A DNA stretch of 64,000 bases from Candidatus Parcubacteria bacterium (GTDB lineage Bacteria; Patescibacteriota; Minisyncoccia; Phycocordibacterales; JBAYGS01): assembly GCA_039795895.1 (NCBI GenBank), contig JBDKKW010000002.1:7347-71346 (forward strand), in the 5' to 3' direction. Below, one piece after another: positions 9,163-19,015 of this stretch. The notes beneath the pieces were generated by a model. It was not told the DNA's origin, searched no databases, and saw only the letters and a program-made list of their open reading frames with translations. The position numbers and the translations under genes are program-made. The first letter of the stretch is position 1. Each line of letters starts with the position of its first letter.

Positions 9163-10440
9163 TTAAGCAGTATTTTCTGAATCCTCACCGGTCGACAGTG
9201 AAATATCCACTACCTGATGATGTGGCACTCTGCGCACCTCGCCAGTCTTGCGATTTTTGAGCTCCACCACCCCTTCATTCATCGTCTTTTCAGAGACCAC
9301 GATGCGAAGTGGAATACCGAGTAAATCTGAGTCATTGAATTTCTCTCCTGCACGAGCATCTCGGTCGTCGAGCAAAACACTGGCACCGTTGGCAGTGAGA
9401 TCAGCATAAAAGCGATCAACAGTTTCTTTTACCGGCACCTTGCCGTTGTCGAGCGACACCAAATGAATATCAAACGGAGCCACTTCTTCAGGCCAAATAA
9501 TACCGTTGTCATCTGAAAGTGTCTCCACAATAGTACCGAGCAATCGCCCTGGACCAATACCGTACGAACCCATCACCACCGACTGCTTTGCACCAGCACT
9601 ATCGAGATACGAGAGTTCGAGCGCATCAGAGAATCGTGTGCCGAGATTAAAGATATTTCCCACTTCCACCGCCTTTTCCACTTTGAGTTCGGTCGCGCCA
9701 CACTCAGGACACTTTTTCATTTCAGCAAAGATTTCATCGTTGACCGCAACATGGCATTTTTCACACACATGAATCGTGTCTTCACCCGCAGAGGTAATCG
9801 TCTGAAATTCGTGTGAGTATTTACTAAAACTCCCACCAGAAGCGTAGGTCAAGTAGGTCTTCTCGCCCAATCCTACGCGTGCAAAGATATTTTTGTATGC
9901 GATTTTTACTTTTTCGTAAAACGTTTCGTGTTCAGCTACATCTTTTGAAAACGAATACAAATCTTTCATCAAAAATTCTCGGCCACGCATAATACCACTC
10001 TTGGCGCGAGTCTCATTTCTAAACTTGGTCTGAATTTGGTATGGATAGACTGGCAAATCACGGAACGAGCGGATATGGTCACGCATCAGATTGGTCAACG
10101 GTTCTTCGTGCGTAAAACCAAGTCCAAGCTCGGTATTGTTTTTGAGCGAGGTCTTAAACCAATTGTCTACTTCCTTGTCACTCCACCGGCCAGATTTCTC
10201 CCACACCGCCTTGTCTTGAAGCGCAGTCAAAAAGACTTCCTGACCACCAATCTTATTCATCTCCTCGCGAATAATCACCGTGATCTTGTTCATCACAAGC
10301 ACTCCGAGCGGTAGCAGTGAATATACTCCTGCCATTTCTTTATGAATAAATCCACCGCGAATCAAAAGCTGAGCATTCTTCGACACCTCATCCTTTGGTG
10401 CCTCCCGTCGAGTTTTGGTAAATAGATTTGATTGCTTCAT
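9163..10440 (-). CDS. proS: Prolyl-tRNA synthetase, short form without editing insertion
   Basis: THEE, KFRNETRAKSGIMRGREFLMKDLYSF, MGSYGIG, anticodon-binding domain. Confidence 0.95.
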   Translation of the reverse strand: MKQSNLFTKTRREAPKDEVSKNAQLLIRGGFIHKEMAGVYSLLPLGVLVMNKITVIIREEMNKIGGQEVFLTALQDKAVWEKSGRWSDKEVDNWFKTSLKNNTELGLGFTHEEPLTNLMRDHIRSFRDLPVYPYQIQTKFRNETRAKSGIMRGREFLMKDLYSFSKDVAEHETFYEKVKIAYKNIFARVGLGEKTYLTYASGGSFSKYSHEFQTITSAGEDTIHVCEKCHVAVNDEIFAEMKKCPECGATELKVEKAVEVGNIFNLGTRFSDALELSYLDSAGAKQSVVMGSYGIGPGRLLGTIVETLSDDNGIIWPEEVAPFDIHLVSLDNGKVPVKETVDRFYADLTANGASVLLDDRDARAGEKFNDSDLLGIPLRIVVSEKTMNEGVVELKNRKTGEVRRVPHHQVVDISLSTGEDSENTA

Positions 10441-10573
10441 GATAGATTTTGAATTAAACGTATGCCAATACTACCTGAAATGCGCGCAAAATACGATACT
10501 TGATTTTTATTGTACAAGAAGGTATGGTTATATCGGACCGTAGGCACACGCCTACTCAAACGAAAGTTGTTCT

Positions 10574-11260
10574 ATGGAAACTCTAACCTTGACCTCGACC
10601 CGCCTGGACAAACCCTCGCTCAAGCACAAACTCAGGAATCTAAGACACTGCTTTGGCAGTGCCACACTCTTTGGATGTTGCTTGTGGTTGCTCACGTGTT
10701 ATATCTTCACTGGTAAACCACTCGAGTACAACTGGTTTTCCCTCATACTCATTGGGCTTTCGACCACATTCCTCTGTCTCAATATTTTCTTCCTCAAGTC
10801 ACCCCCTCAAAACCATGCAATGGTGGCCGAGGACGGAAGAATCGTCATTGATATCAAACGTGGGAATTATGTGCTCTGGCGGTGGGAATATGCTGACCTA
10901 TTGCGCAAAGGCAAACTGATCGGATACACACCCACATTCCAGACGATTGAGACGAAGGTTGGCGGACTCCGATACACAATCGACATCTGGACGAATCAGT
11001 CACTCGAAGAGAGTCTCGCTCTTGAGAAGATACTCAGCTCGCTCAAAGAAGCACGGGTGAGCACCGCACAGGAACTTGTGTTGTGTCACCTGTATGACAT
11101 TCTTGATGAGCACAAGACGGTCATTACTAGCCTCACCAATCCCCTGCGGACCGAGCAACAAGAAGTATTTCGAGCGCTTCTGGCTAGACATCTCAAACCA
11201 CTCCTTGTTGGTACAGGGATATTAGTGGCAACCCAACATGCAAAATTTGATTGGGCGTAG
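10574..11260 (+). CDS. Hypothetical membrane protein
   Basis: 228-aa ORF with two N-terminal hydrophobic segments. Confidence 0.65.
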   Translation: METLTLTSTRLDKPSLKHKLRNLRHCFGSATLFGCCLWLLTCYIFTGKPLEYNWFSLILIGLSTTFLCLNIFFLKSPPQNHAMVAEDGRIVIDIKRGNYVLWRWEYADLLRKGKLIGYTPTFQTIETKVGGLRYTIDIWTNQSLEESLALEKILSSLKEARVSTAQELVLCHLYDILDEHKTVITSLTNPLRTEQQEVFRALLARHLKPLLVGTGILVATQHAKFDWA

Positions 11261-11382
11261 CCTGATCTCACGCCACTTGAAGCGTTTGCTTCGAGTGGTT
11301 TTCTTTTTAAAAGCCCTAGATTTTGCTCTCGCAAAATCTAGGGCTTTCTTGTCTAGTGTCTGTTGTCTGTGTTCTTTTATCT

Positions 11383-12483
11383 TTATTTAAAAAACTTCAA
11401 GACGTCCTGATACGTAATCACCGCCATAAACACCAGCAGTAAGACAAACCCTGCACCATTGACCCAATTAACCGCCTGAATTGGAAGTCGGCGTCGAATA
11501 ATCGCTTCAATACCGACAAACAAAATCCGTCCGCCATCGAGTGCGGGGAACGGCACGAGATTAAGCAGTGCGAGATTGATAGAAATCATCGCCGTAAAGG
11601 TGAGTAAATGCGTAAAGCCTGCATGTGTGGCTTCTGCTACCAATTTTGCAATACCAACTGGACCTGAGACCGTATTGAAGTCTGCTTTACCCACAAATAG
11701 CGTTTTAAAAAAGTCAGCGAGACCAATCGCGGTATGCTCGACGACCAATCCAGTGTAGATAAACCCCTCAATCGGCGCGCGATACCACGGCACAGTCAGC
11801 TTCCCCACTTCTTCCATCGAAATCCCGAGCGCAAAGCGATCCGGCACAATCCCTTGCACCGCTTTAGTAAGACCCATTTTCAAATCACCTCCGTGCTCAT
11901 ACCACACAGTTATTTCTTTCCCCTTCGACTGTGCGACAGCGTCTCGAATAGCAGACATTCCCTTTTCAGCCAACGTCACCACCTTATTCTGTGTAATCGA
12001 GACCAGTGTGTCACCAGCCACCATCCCGGCTTCACTCGCAGGACTTTTTGGAGCCACTTCAGTGACGAGTATCTTTCGATCAGAAATCATACCTGGACCT
12101 GCATAGTCGGACACCACCATGGTCATCCCGATGCCGAGTGCGGTCGAAAAGAGTACCCAAGCTAAAATAATATTACAGACAATTCCAGCGATCAAAACGC
12201 CGGCCTGAATCCCTCGATTTTTATTTGCAAAACTTCTTGCGCTATCAGGACCGGTGAGTGATTCCTCCTCAGGATTTTCACCAAATATTTTTACATAACC
12301 CCCAAGTGGCAATAGATTAAGAGCGTAAGTTGTCTCTCCGCGCTTCCAACTGAATACTTTTGGTGGAAAACCAATTGCGAACTCGTCCACTCGAATACCA
12401 AAGAATTTGGCAACGGAGAAATGTCCGAACTCATGGACAAAGACCAGCAGTGACAAAACCAATAGAAAAATAATGATGGACAT
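11383..12483 (-). CDS. rseP: RseP-like M50 intramembrane metalloprotease with PDZ domain
   Basis: HEFGH, PLGGYV, SGPVGI, NLVPFPALDGG. Confidence 0.93.
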   Translation of the reverse strand: MSIIIFLLVLSLLVFVHEFGHFSVAKFFGIRVDEFAIGFPPKVFSWKRGETTYALNLLPLGGYVKIFGENPEEESLTGPDSARSFANKNRGIQAGVLIAGIVCNIILAWVLFSTALGIGMTMVVSDYAGPGMISDRKILVTEVAPKSPASEAGMVAGDTLVSITQNKVVTLAEKGMSAIRDAVAQSKGKEITVWYEHGGDLKMGLTKAVQGIVPDRFALGISMEEVGKLTVPWYRAPIEGFIYTGLVVEHTAIGLADFFKTLFVGKADFNTVSGPVGIAKLVAEATHAGFTHLLTFTAMISINLALLNLVPFPALDGGRILFVGIEAIIRRRLPIQAVNWVNGAGFVLLLVFMAVITYQDVLKFFK

Positions 12484-12553
12484 TGGGGAAGATATTAGTA
12501 GTTAGATGTTAGACATTAGACCCGAAGAAAAACTACAGAAATACACCGCAAAA

Positions 12554-13105
12554 CTAACTCATAATATCCTTCTCTTTTTTCTCGGCGATACCAAGAAGGC
12601 GTGCGTTGGTCTCATCAACCAACTTCTGCATATCATTTTTGAGACGGAACTTTTCATCCTCTCCCATCCCACCTTCCTTTTCCTTTGCTTGAATATCAGT
12701 CCAAGTCTTGTCGCGTTCTTTGCGGACGGTCACCTTACCATCTTCGAGTTTACCTTTGACCACTTTTACAAAATCGCCTTTGCGCTCAGTCGTGAGCTCA
12801 GGGAAAATGACGCGCAAGCCTTTGTCATCAGAAGATACAGACACACCAAGGTTTGAGGTGGTTAGTGCTTTTTCGATTGCCTTCACCTGAGACATATCCC
12901 ACGGGGTGATACGAATAGTACGAGGGTCCTCAACAGACACTCCAGCGACTTGTGGAATCGAAAGCATTGAGCCGTATGACTCGACTGAGACTTGGTCGAG
13001 AAGTGTAGGAGAAGCGCGAGAAGTACGAATTTGCTGGCACTCCTTTTTGAGCCACTCTTCTACATTTTTTAAACTATCTTTAAATGGGGTGAAATTATAG
13101 GGCAT
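12554..13105 (-). CDS. frr: Ribosome recycling factor
   Basis: IRTSRASP, ITPWD, PELTTER. Confidence 0.94.
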   Translation of the reverse strand: MPYNFTPFKDSLKNVEEWLKKECQQIRTSRASPTLLDQVSVESYGSMLSIPQVAGVSVEDPRTIRITPWDMSQVKAIEKALTTSNLGVSVSSDDKGLRVIFPELTTERKGDFVKVVKGKLEDGKVTVRKERDKTWTDIQAKEKEGGMGEDEKFRLKNDMQKLVDETNARLLGIAEKKEKDIMS

Positions 13106-13146
13106 ACATATGTAATTACCTAGTAAGCATAACAGAAAATATTCAT

Positions 13147-14595
13147 TTAACAACCAACTCCCTCCGCACTCGAACCCTTTTTGTACACAACAATTGGAAG
13201 TTTTGAAAGTTCTGCTCGGGCTTTTTCGACAAACTGCCAACTTGCGAGTACTTCTTTGATACTCACAAAGCGTGTCTGGTCGCCGAGAATTGCATCAAAA
13301 TAAATTCGTTCGTACGCATCACGAATCGGGTGCGTAGTGTCCTCACTATAATTAAACGCAAGTTTTTTGGGCAACACGTCGTGCGTAAATCCTGGGCGCT
13401 TTACCCAAAACACTGTCGAGATACCTTCGTTTGGCTGAATCCGAAACGTAAGCACATTTTGACAATACGATTCTCCCGACTCATCAATCACGCAAAACTT
13501 TTGATCCTCAGTTTTAAAATACAATTTAATATCCACCACCGACTCAGCCACAGCCTTCCCTGCTTCAAGAATCAATGGAACATTTTTGAATCGGCCAGAG
13601 TCCATTTTGGCGATTACCCGCACAAATGTTTCGGTGGTCGAAAGTGAGGCGACGCCAGGAGTAGCGAGATACCCTTCGTATTGAGCTCGCACCATCTGTT
13701 TGCCGTGCGTATCAGCACGACGATTGCCGAGCGCGAGCGAAAGCGCCCCGAGCGCTTTCGCTCGCGCCTCCCGCACCGCCTTCGCCGTCGTCTTTTTTGG
13801 CTCATCCATGACAATATGTGCCAGCATTTGCAAGACATGGTTTTGCACCACATCAGACAGCGCCCCCACTCCATCATAAAACGCACCGCGAGTACTCACG
13901 TCGGTCTTCTCAAGTAGTCGACACTCAATCCGCTCGATATGAGTATGATTCCACAAAGACTCAAACAAACTATTAGCGAAACGAAAGGCGACAATATTTT
14001 GCAAAGCTTCTTTCCCTAAATAGTGGTCAATTAAAAACAAATCAGCATCTTCTCGTACTGCCGTCGCTGTGCGGTACAAATCTTTTGCGGTACCCACATT
14101 TGCCCCAAACGGCTTCTCGATCATAAAGCGTACAGTTCCAGAAATCGGAGTACTCTTTGCCGAAAAGCCCGCAAGCTGATACTGCTTCAAAATGGTTGGG
14201 TAGAGCGCTGGTGGCACCGAAAGATTGATCAGGGTGACCGCAGATACATCGCCGATCTGAGCAAAATTGATTCTGTCCGCAAGTGTCCTGTATGACGCTG
14301 TATCATCAAACTGCCCTTGGTAATACCACGCACTTTTTACAAACTGAGAAACTTTCTCAGCTGGTTCATTGGGAAACTTTTTAACGACAGCATTTCGCAC
14401 CAATTCAGCAAACTGTGCTTCGGAGTATTCTTTCCGTGAAAAACCGATCAACGAAAAAGTCTTGGGTAATTCTCCTGCTCGATACAACCCATAAAGTGCT
14501 GGCACCAACTTCGCTTGTGCCAAATCTCCGGTAATTCCCATAATCACGACCGTAAGACGGGTTGGTTTTTGAGCTATGATTTTTGAAAGTGACAT
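13147..14595 (-). CDS. zwf: Glucose-6-phosphate 1-dehydrogenase
   Basis: GITGDLA, EKPFG, IDHYLGKE, DVVQNH. Confidence 0.93.
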   Translation of the reverse strand: MSLSKIIAQKPTRLTVVIMGITGDLAQAKLVPALYGLYRAGELPKTFSLIGFSRKEYSEAQFAELVRNAVVKKFPNEPAEKVSQFVKSAWYYQGQFDDTASYRTLADRINFAQIGDVSAVTLINLSVPPALYPTILKQYQLAGFSAKSTPISGTVRFMIEKPFGANVGTAKDLYRTATAVREDADLFLIDHYLGKEALQNIVAFRFANSLFESLWNHTHIERIECRLLEKTDVSTRGAFYDGVGALSDVVQNHVLQMLAHIVMDEPKKTTAKAVREARAKALGALSLALGNRRADTHGKQMVRAQYEGYLATPGVASLSTTETFVRVIAKMDSGRFKNVPLILEAGKAVAESVVDIKLYFKTEDQKFCVIDESGESYCQNVLTFRIQPNEGISTVFWVKRPGFTHDVLPKKLAFNYSEDTTHPIRDAYERIYFDAILGDQTRFVSIKEVLASWQFVEKARAELSKLPIVVYKKGSSAEGVGC

Positions 14596-14702
14596 ACCAG
14601 AAAGTATATAGTAAAAAGTGTTAAGTAAAAAGCTTAAAGAATCCAAAGAAAAAACCGCGAAGTCTCGAAAGACTTCGCGGCGAGAATGATTCAACACTCG
14701 AA

Positions 14703-15404
14703 TCATTCGCCGACACCTGTCAGCCACCCGGCAGACACTGTGCCCTGCGACTTGATCGACTTGATCAGGGCAGGACTGAGCAAGCCACGCGCAAGACCCT
14801 GATCAAACTCGGCATCTGTGATGCGAGCCGAGACGATACCCGAAGCAGTGATCAATTTGACCTCCACCTCGCGAGCCTTCAGAGCGCGAATCTTGACCGC
14901 CACACACGAATCAGGCTGGTGGCGATTGAAACCGATTGCCAACAACACTCCGGAAGGAATGGCGGGTTTGACCGTGCCATTACTCGCCGTAGATACCACC
15001 TTGCACGCCTCATGTGACTTAAAAAGGCCGAGGATGGTCCCAGGGTCACCCATGATGGTCGCAAACACAATGTGTTCGCAATCACCATTTGACGCCGAGA
15101 TCAGTGACAATGCTTGAGGATGATGTCCATCCAGACGGACACCACCACGAGCCAACGGCACCTGCTGAACCACAAACTGATCCGGAGAGACACTTCCCTC
15201 TTCCGGCTGAGTTTTGCGCTTGGGCTGAGCATTCACAACTTGTCTGAATGCCCGCGACAACCCGTCGAAACCGGCAGTCACCATCATGGTGCGAGCCGTG
15301 GGTTTGATTTTTCCCGAGACCACCAGCTCACCCTCACTCATCCCCACCATCAGCGGAGAAATGTCGTTGTGGGAGAACCGCCTTGGAGCAACTAGCGTTA
15401 TCAT
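14703..15404 (-). CDS. Hypothetical protein
   Basis: ~233-aa ORF with flanking terminator-like hairpin (~14650-14685) and long structured leader. Confidence 0.6.
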   Translation of the reverse strand: MITLVAPRRFSHNDISPLMVGMSEGELVVSGKIKPTARTMMVTAGFDGLSRAFRQVVNAQPKRKTQPEEGSVSPDQFVVQQVPLARGGVRLDGHHPQALSLISASNGDCEHIVFATIMGDPGTILGLFKSHEACKVVSTASNGTVKPAIPSGVLLAIGFNRHQPDSCVAVKIRALKAREVEVKLITASGIVSARITDAEFDQGLARGLLSPALIKSIKSQGTVSAGWLTGVGE

Positions 15405-15506
15405 AACTGTGCACTCTACCAACTATCAACATCCGAAAAGAAGTCTCAGAGCAAACACCTTCCTTGAGGCGTCTACTCACATCCTTCCGTGTCGATAGCC
15501 ACTTGG

Positions 15507-15657
15507 AATACAAGTAGCAGGCAGGAAACCTCGAGGACCGAGTCGTACTGCACGCTACTTGTATTGCCGATAACAAGTTCAGAACTTTCCCAATTGGATG
15601 CAACAAAATGACCCAGTAGGTGATTGTACTCAATCAAGTGCGCCGATTGGGAAAGTT
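15507..15657 (-). repeat. Two tandem palindromic modules related to 20817-20965
   Basis: Inverted repeats AATACAAGTAGC/GCTACTTGTATT and AACTTTCCCAATTGG/CCGATTGGGAAAGTT; inner motif AATCACCTACTGGGTC shared with 20817-20965. Confidence 0.7.
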
Positions 15658-15810
15658 ATTTAAAAGAACGGTCCTGGTTACTCAGCTTACGCCGATGCCA
15701 AAATTTGTCAAACCGCCTATCTTGTGGGTTATACACAGCCCCCTATCAAAGCCTGCTACCGGAGAGTATACTTTGGGTAGTTATTAGTAATAGATAATTA
15801 AAATACATAT

Positions 15811-16206
15811 ATGCAAAAAACAGTGAGTATTGTGTTGGGAGTAGTGTTTGTAGTGGTGGCGATCTTGGGAATGATCGGTACACCGATCGTTGGTCATGCC
15901 GGAGCGTCATATTTTATGACCAACACTGCACATGACATTGTGCACCTCGTACTTGGTCTCGTGCTTCTTTTTGTGGCACTCAAGAAGACCAGTGCACTTG
16001 GAGTTACCTTGAAGACGGTTGGCATACTCTACCTTCTCGTGGCAGCGTTTGGCTTTGCTACAGTTGAGACCGTATCAAATACTGGCTCAATCCTCGGTTT
16101 GGTAGATGTAAATACCGCCGACAACTGGCTCCATGTGGTGCTTGGTGTGGTGATTTTGGGACTTGGCCTTTGCCACTGCTCAAAGAGCGAGTCTGCGACG
16201 ATGTAA
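15811..16206 (+). CDS. DUF4383-like membrane protein
   Basis: Four TMs with NTAHDIVHL and ADNWLH motifs. Confidence 0.8.
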   Translation: MQKTVSIVLGVVFVVVAILGMIGTPIVGHAGASYFMTNTAHDIVHLVLGLVLLFVALKKTSALGVTLKTVGILYLLVAAFGFATVETVSNTGSILGLVDVNTADNWLHVVLGVVILGLGLCHCSKSESATM

Positions 16207-16336
16207 GTGAAAGAATAGAGTAGGAGAATAACAAAATAATAAAAGAGTAAAACAGCGCGCCGTACTCGGCGCGCTGTTTTCTTATCCCGTGTTTCAATAT
16301 AAAAACCGGCACCAAAAGATATTGGTGCCGGTGAAT

Positions 16337-16900
16337 TTAAGGATTCCACGGGTCCCTTCTCGGATCCTCACACATCTCCCATTTACCAGAGACATCCTGT
16401 CGCTGGAAATGGAACTTGTGAGTAATCTCTCCGTAAGTCATCTTTTTCGGAAACGGATCCTTCTCTTTGACCCACGGGATCGGATGCTTCGCCTGCAAAG
16501 CTTCGAGTCGCATTGGTTCACACACCACTTCGTCTGTCGTGGTACGACGCCCACCCTCAAACACAGACATCACGACGCGATAGAGTGTATCGGAAGAGAC
16601 TCCTGCGAGACCTAGAGCTTTGTCGTATTCGTCGGCAAATCCCCACGGCTGAGCAATTGGGCCCCGGTTATTGCGATTCATCCGAAACCGAATAGATTCT
16701 CCGAGAATCGGTATACGCCCAACAAGAGGCTTTCCAAAGACCACCACCCCGCTACGACACTCGATATGGTGTCCATCTCGCCCACTAAAATAAATATCGT
16801 AGGGCAACGCAATGTCCGGCTCATAGTGAGCAAAGCAGTAGAAATAGCCACTGCCAGACGGTGGCATTTTTGGCACCGCAACAACTTTTGCAATTTCCAT
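16337..16900 (-). CDS. Hypothetical protein with cold-shock/OB-like N-terminal half
   Basis: GYFYCF...DIYFSG...GESIRF...RGPIAQPW resembles a CSD pattern; GAAAGGGG RBS. Confidence 0.55.
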   Translation of the reverse strand: MEIAKVVAVPKMPPSGSGYFYCFAHYEPDIALPYDIYFSGRDGHHIECRSGVVVFGKPLVGRIPILGESIRFRMNRNNRGPIAQPWGFADEYDKALGLAGVSSDTLYRVVMSVFEGGRRTTTDEVVCEPMRLEALQAKHPIPWVKEKDPFPKKMTYGEITHKFHFQRQDVSGKWEMCEDPRRDPWNP

Positions 16901-16997
16901 AAGAACAATCCCCCTTTCTGTCACAGCGTGACCTGGTTGGTTTCTGGCACTACTGTATAGGTTTTGGAGAGGAATGCAAGGAAAAAATTCAATCGGG

Positions 16998-17070
16998 TGG
17001 ACCATACCGGATTCGAACCGGTTGCCTCTTCCATGCCATGGAAGCGCTCTACCAAGTGAGCTAATGGCCC
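16998..17070 (-). tRNA. tRNA-Ala(GGC)
   Basis: Cloverleaf GGGCCAT...ATGGTCCA, G3:U70, anticodon loop ATGGCAT (A32-U38 typical of Ala-GGC), TTCGAAT T-loop; CCA not encoded. Confidence 0.97.
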
Positions 17071-17150
17071 GTGTGACATATTGTACTTGAAAACAGTGAC
17101 CAAACAACTAGTTGCTTTTTAGTTTAAATCAGGTAAGATACTTTGGTATT

Positions 17151-17223
17151 GGGCCCTTAGCTCATCTGGTAGAGCACCTCATTTGCAATGAGGGGGTGGC
17201 AGGTTCGAGTCCTGTAGGGTCCA
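17151..17223 (+). tRNA. tRNA-Ala(TGC)
   Basis: Cloverleaf GGGCCCT...AGGGTCCA, G3:U70, loop TTTGCAA; divergent from the other tRNA-Ala. Confidence 0.97.
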
Positions 17224-17441
17224 CCGAACAGAAAAAATCTCCACTGCTGGAGATTTTTTCGTATGTGTGGAAAGCGCAGGTATATTCTTTCAGCAGAAAA
17301 AATACCGAGCTGGGGTCGCGAGCACTTACGTATTTTGTCGGCTTTTGCGACAAAATACTTAGTGACTCGTGATACACGATAAATAGTAAAAGCGTACTCG
17401 CGGTTCCATATAAAAGTCGCGGGAGAGATTCCTGTAGTGTC
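17224..17441 (+). repeat. tRNA-trailer element (terminator, hairpins, degenerate copy of tRNA 3' end)
   Basis: GAAAAAATCTCCA/TGGAGATTTTTTC and GTATTTTGTCG/CGACAAAATAC hairpins; ends GATTCCTGTAGTGTC versus tRNA GAGTCCTGTAGGGTC. Confidence 0.6.
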
Positions 17442-17490
17442 TTGGATTTAAATCAAAGGCACCTGACCCCCTTGTCGAGGAAGTTCCGGA

Positions 17491-18426
17491 CTAAAGACCT
17501 GAAATTTCCCGGAGTTTACTCCATTCCTCGAATAGGCTTCTTTTGTCTGGCCGTAGTCCCACATAATGACTTATCTGTCCCGACACTCTATCAACAACCT
17601 GTCCAAGTGTAAGATTTGGGTAATGCTGTCTCCTAAAATCCCTAATACCGATAATTCCACAGATGTATACCGCCTTTTCTACCTCTTCTCTTTTTTGCTT
17701 GATGAGATTTGGCTTTTTATTTACGACAGTCTTTGTCACCGTCTGCCTTTCTGATTGATTGACGGGATTGTCTTCATCTTTATGCACAGTAAAACCATCT
17801 CTTTCAAAGAGTTTCTTTATGTAGTTACAGATTGAAGCATTGATGGTGCTATTACCAGACACAGTAAGATCGTCGATCCAAAAACTATGTTTGAATCCAA
17901 ACTTTTTCAAGAATCCCTGGAGCCTTCTGTCCGTTTTGCCCAAAACTAAAACTGAAACGAGTGGACTTGTTTTGAAACCTTGTGGCAAGTGACCTTCTGC
18001 AGTGACCAAATCTCTGATCATGTTCGCAACATCAGGCTGACATCCCAGATCTCGGAAAGTAAAGAATACTTTCTCTGGTTTTACAGAGGGAAAGAATCTC
18101 TTTATGTCGAATACGGCAATGTTCTTTTTATTACTATGGATTTGTGCGTGAGAAGACAGGGAACGACCTTTTATCGCACCTTGAAACTGAACCGGAATGT
18201 CGAGCCGATATAATAAATTCTTGAGAAGTTTAGCGTGTATAGCCTCAAGTTCCGGACTTGCTTGATAGAAGTCTCTCGACTTTCCTTTTTTATCCTGCCA
18301 TGTTCGCTTGGTGTAATGTTTATCTTTTTCTTTTAGTATTGCTTCGATAACGTCCAAAGGAACCCCGATCTGGTGGGCTAATTCTTTTGTTCTATTTATC
18401 TTCAATGATTCAAGCGTTTTTTTCAT
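17491..18426 (-). CDS. Retron-type reverse transcriptase
   Basis: DIKRFFPSV, LPQGFKTSP, WIDDLTVSG; retron region X (SHAQIH) and region Y (QTVTKTVVN) equivalents; ~311 aa. Confidence 0.9.
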   Translation of the reverse strand: MKKTLESLKINRTKELAHQIGVPLDVIEAILKEKDKHYTKRTWQDKKGKSRDFYQASPELEAIHAKLLKNLLYRLDIPVQFQGAIKGRSLSSHAQIHSNKKNIAVFDIKRFFPSVKPEKVFFTFRDLGCQPDVANMIRDLVTAEGHLPQGFKTSPLVSVLVLGKTDRRLQGFLKKFGFKHSFWIDDLTVSGNSTINASICNYIKKLFERDGFTVHKDEDNPVNQSERQTVTKTVVNKKPNLIKQKREEVEKAVYICGIIGIRDFRRQHYPNLTLGQVVDRVSGQISHYVGLRPDKRSLFEEWSKLREISGL

Positions 18427-18736
18427 CAGCAAGAAGCATTGTTTCAAACTCACTCACAATATCATTCAACTTCTTGCGAACAATTTTGTCGTTTCTAGTT
18501 TTTCCATGAGGAATAAGAATATCTTTTGCCAAAATTAGGATAGGAAAATCGTACTCCTTTGATATTTTCTTGAGAAGAGGCATTCCTGGTTTCTTTGCTC
18601 CATTCTCAATAAGAGAAATGTAGTTAGCAGAAACACCAAGACTCTTCGCAATTTGTTCTTGCGACAAGCCTTGTTTAATTCTTATTTTTTTAATTGTGTT
18701 TCCGATTTCTTTCATAAACGTCTTGATAACTGGCAC
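18410..18736 (-). CDS. XRE-family HTH protein (retron accessory)
   Basis: IKKIRIKQGLSQEQIAKSLGVSANYISLIENGAKKP; overlaps RT start; ATG at 18715 is an alternative start. Confidence 0.9.
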   Translation of the reverse strand: MPVIKTFMKEIGNTIKKIRIKQGLSQEQIAKSLGVSANYISLIENGAKKPGMPLLKKISKEYDFPILILAKDILIPHGKTRNDKIVRKKLNDIVSEFETMLLADEKNA

Positions 18737-18769
18737 CGAAAATTACCGATAATTCAGTTGCTTTCGGTG

Positions 18770-19015
18770 CTAGTTGGTCTTGGTCATGTGCCTGATTACT
18801 TCGGTGGCAAGTGAGAGGAGATATGGGAGAACCTTATCGACATAATGTCGAGTCAGACTCTTCTTTTTATCTTTCTCAATGGCCTCCTCGTAAAGAGCGC
18901 GTGTACGTACCAACAAGCCTGCGAGCGCCTTGCAGCGCTTGCAGTGTGGTGAAGGTTGCCATTTTTTGAGAGCAATGGTCAGCTCTTCGTACATCTTATT
19001 CTCGTAATGAGACAT
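18770..19015 (-). CDS. Small protein, putative retron effector/toxin
   Basis: 81 aa, first ORF after the structured RNA; CxxC and C-terminal amphipathic helix. Confidence 0.7.
   Translation of the reverse strand: MSHYENKMYEELTIALKKWQPSPHCKRCKALAGLLVRTRALYEEAIEKDKKKSLTRHYVDKVLPYLLSLATEVIRHMTKTN

Noticed and set aside
16337-16900. CSD-like gene as retron (type V) effector
   Set aside because: It is separated from the RT by two tRNA genes and the trailer element, has its own RBS, and the CSD similarity is weak.
16901-17377. ORFs overlapping the tRNA-Ala pair, including the N-terminal extension of 16337-17107
   Set aside because: They read through tRNA genes; the real start with an RBS is at 16900.
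17491-18426. RT as DGR, group II intron or CRISPR-associated RT
   Set aside because: I saw no TR/VR repeat pair, avd gene, maturase/endonuclease extension, domain V or cas1. Size and region X/Y equivalents fit a retron.
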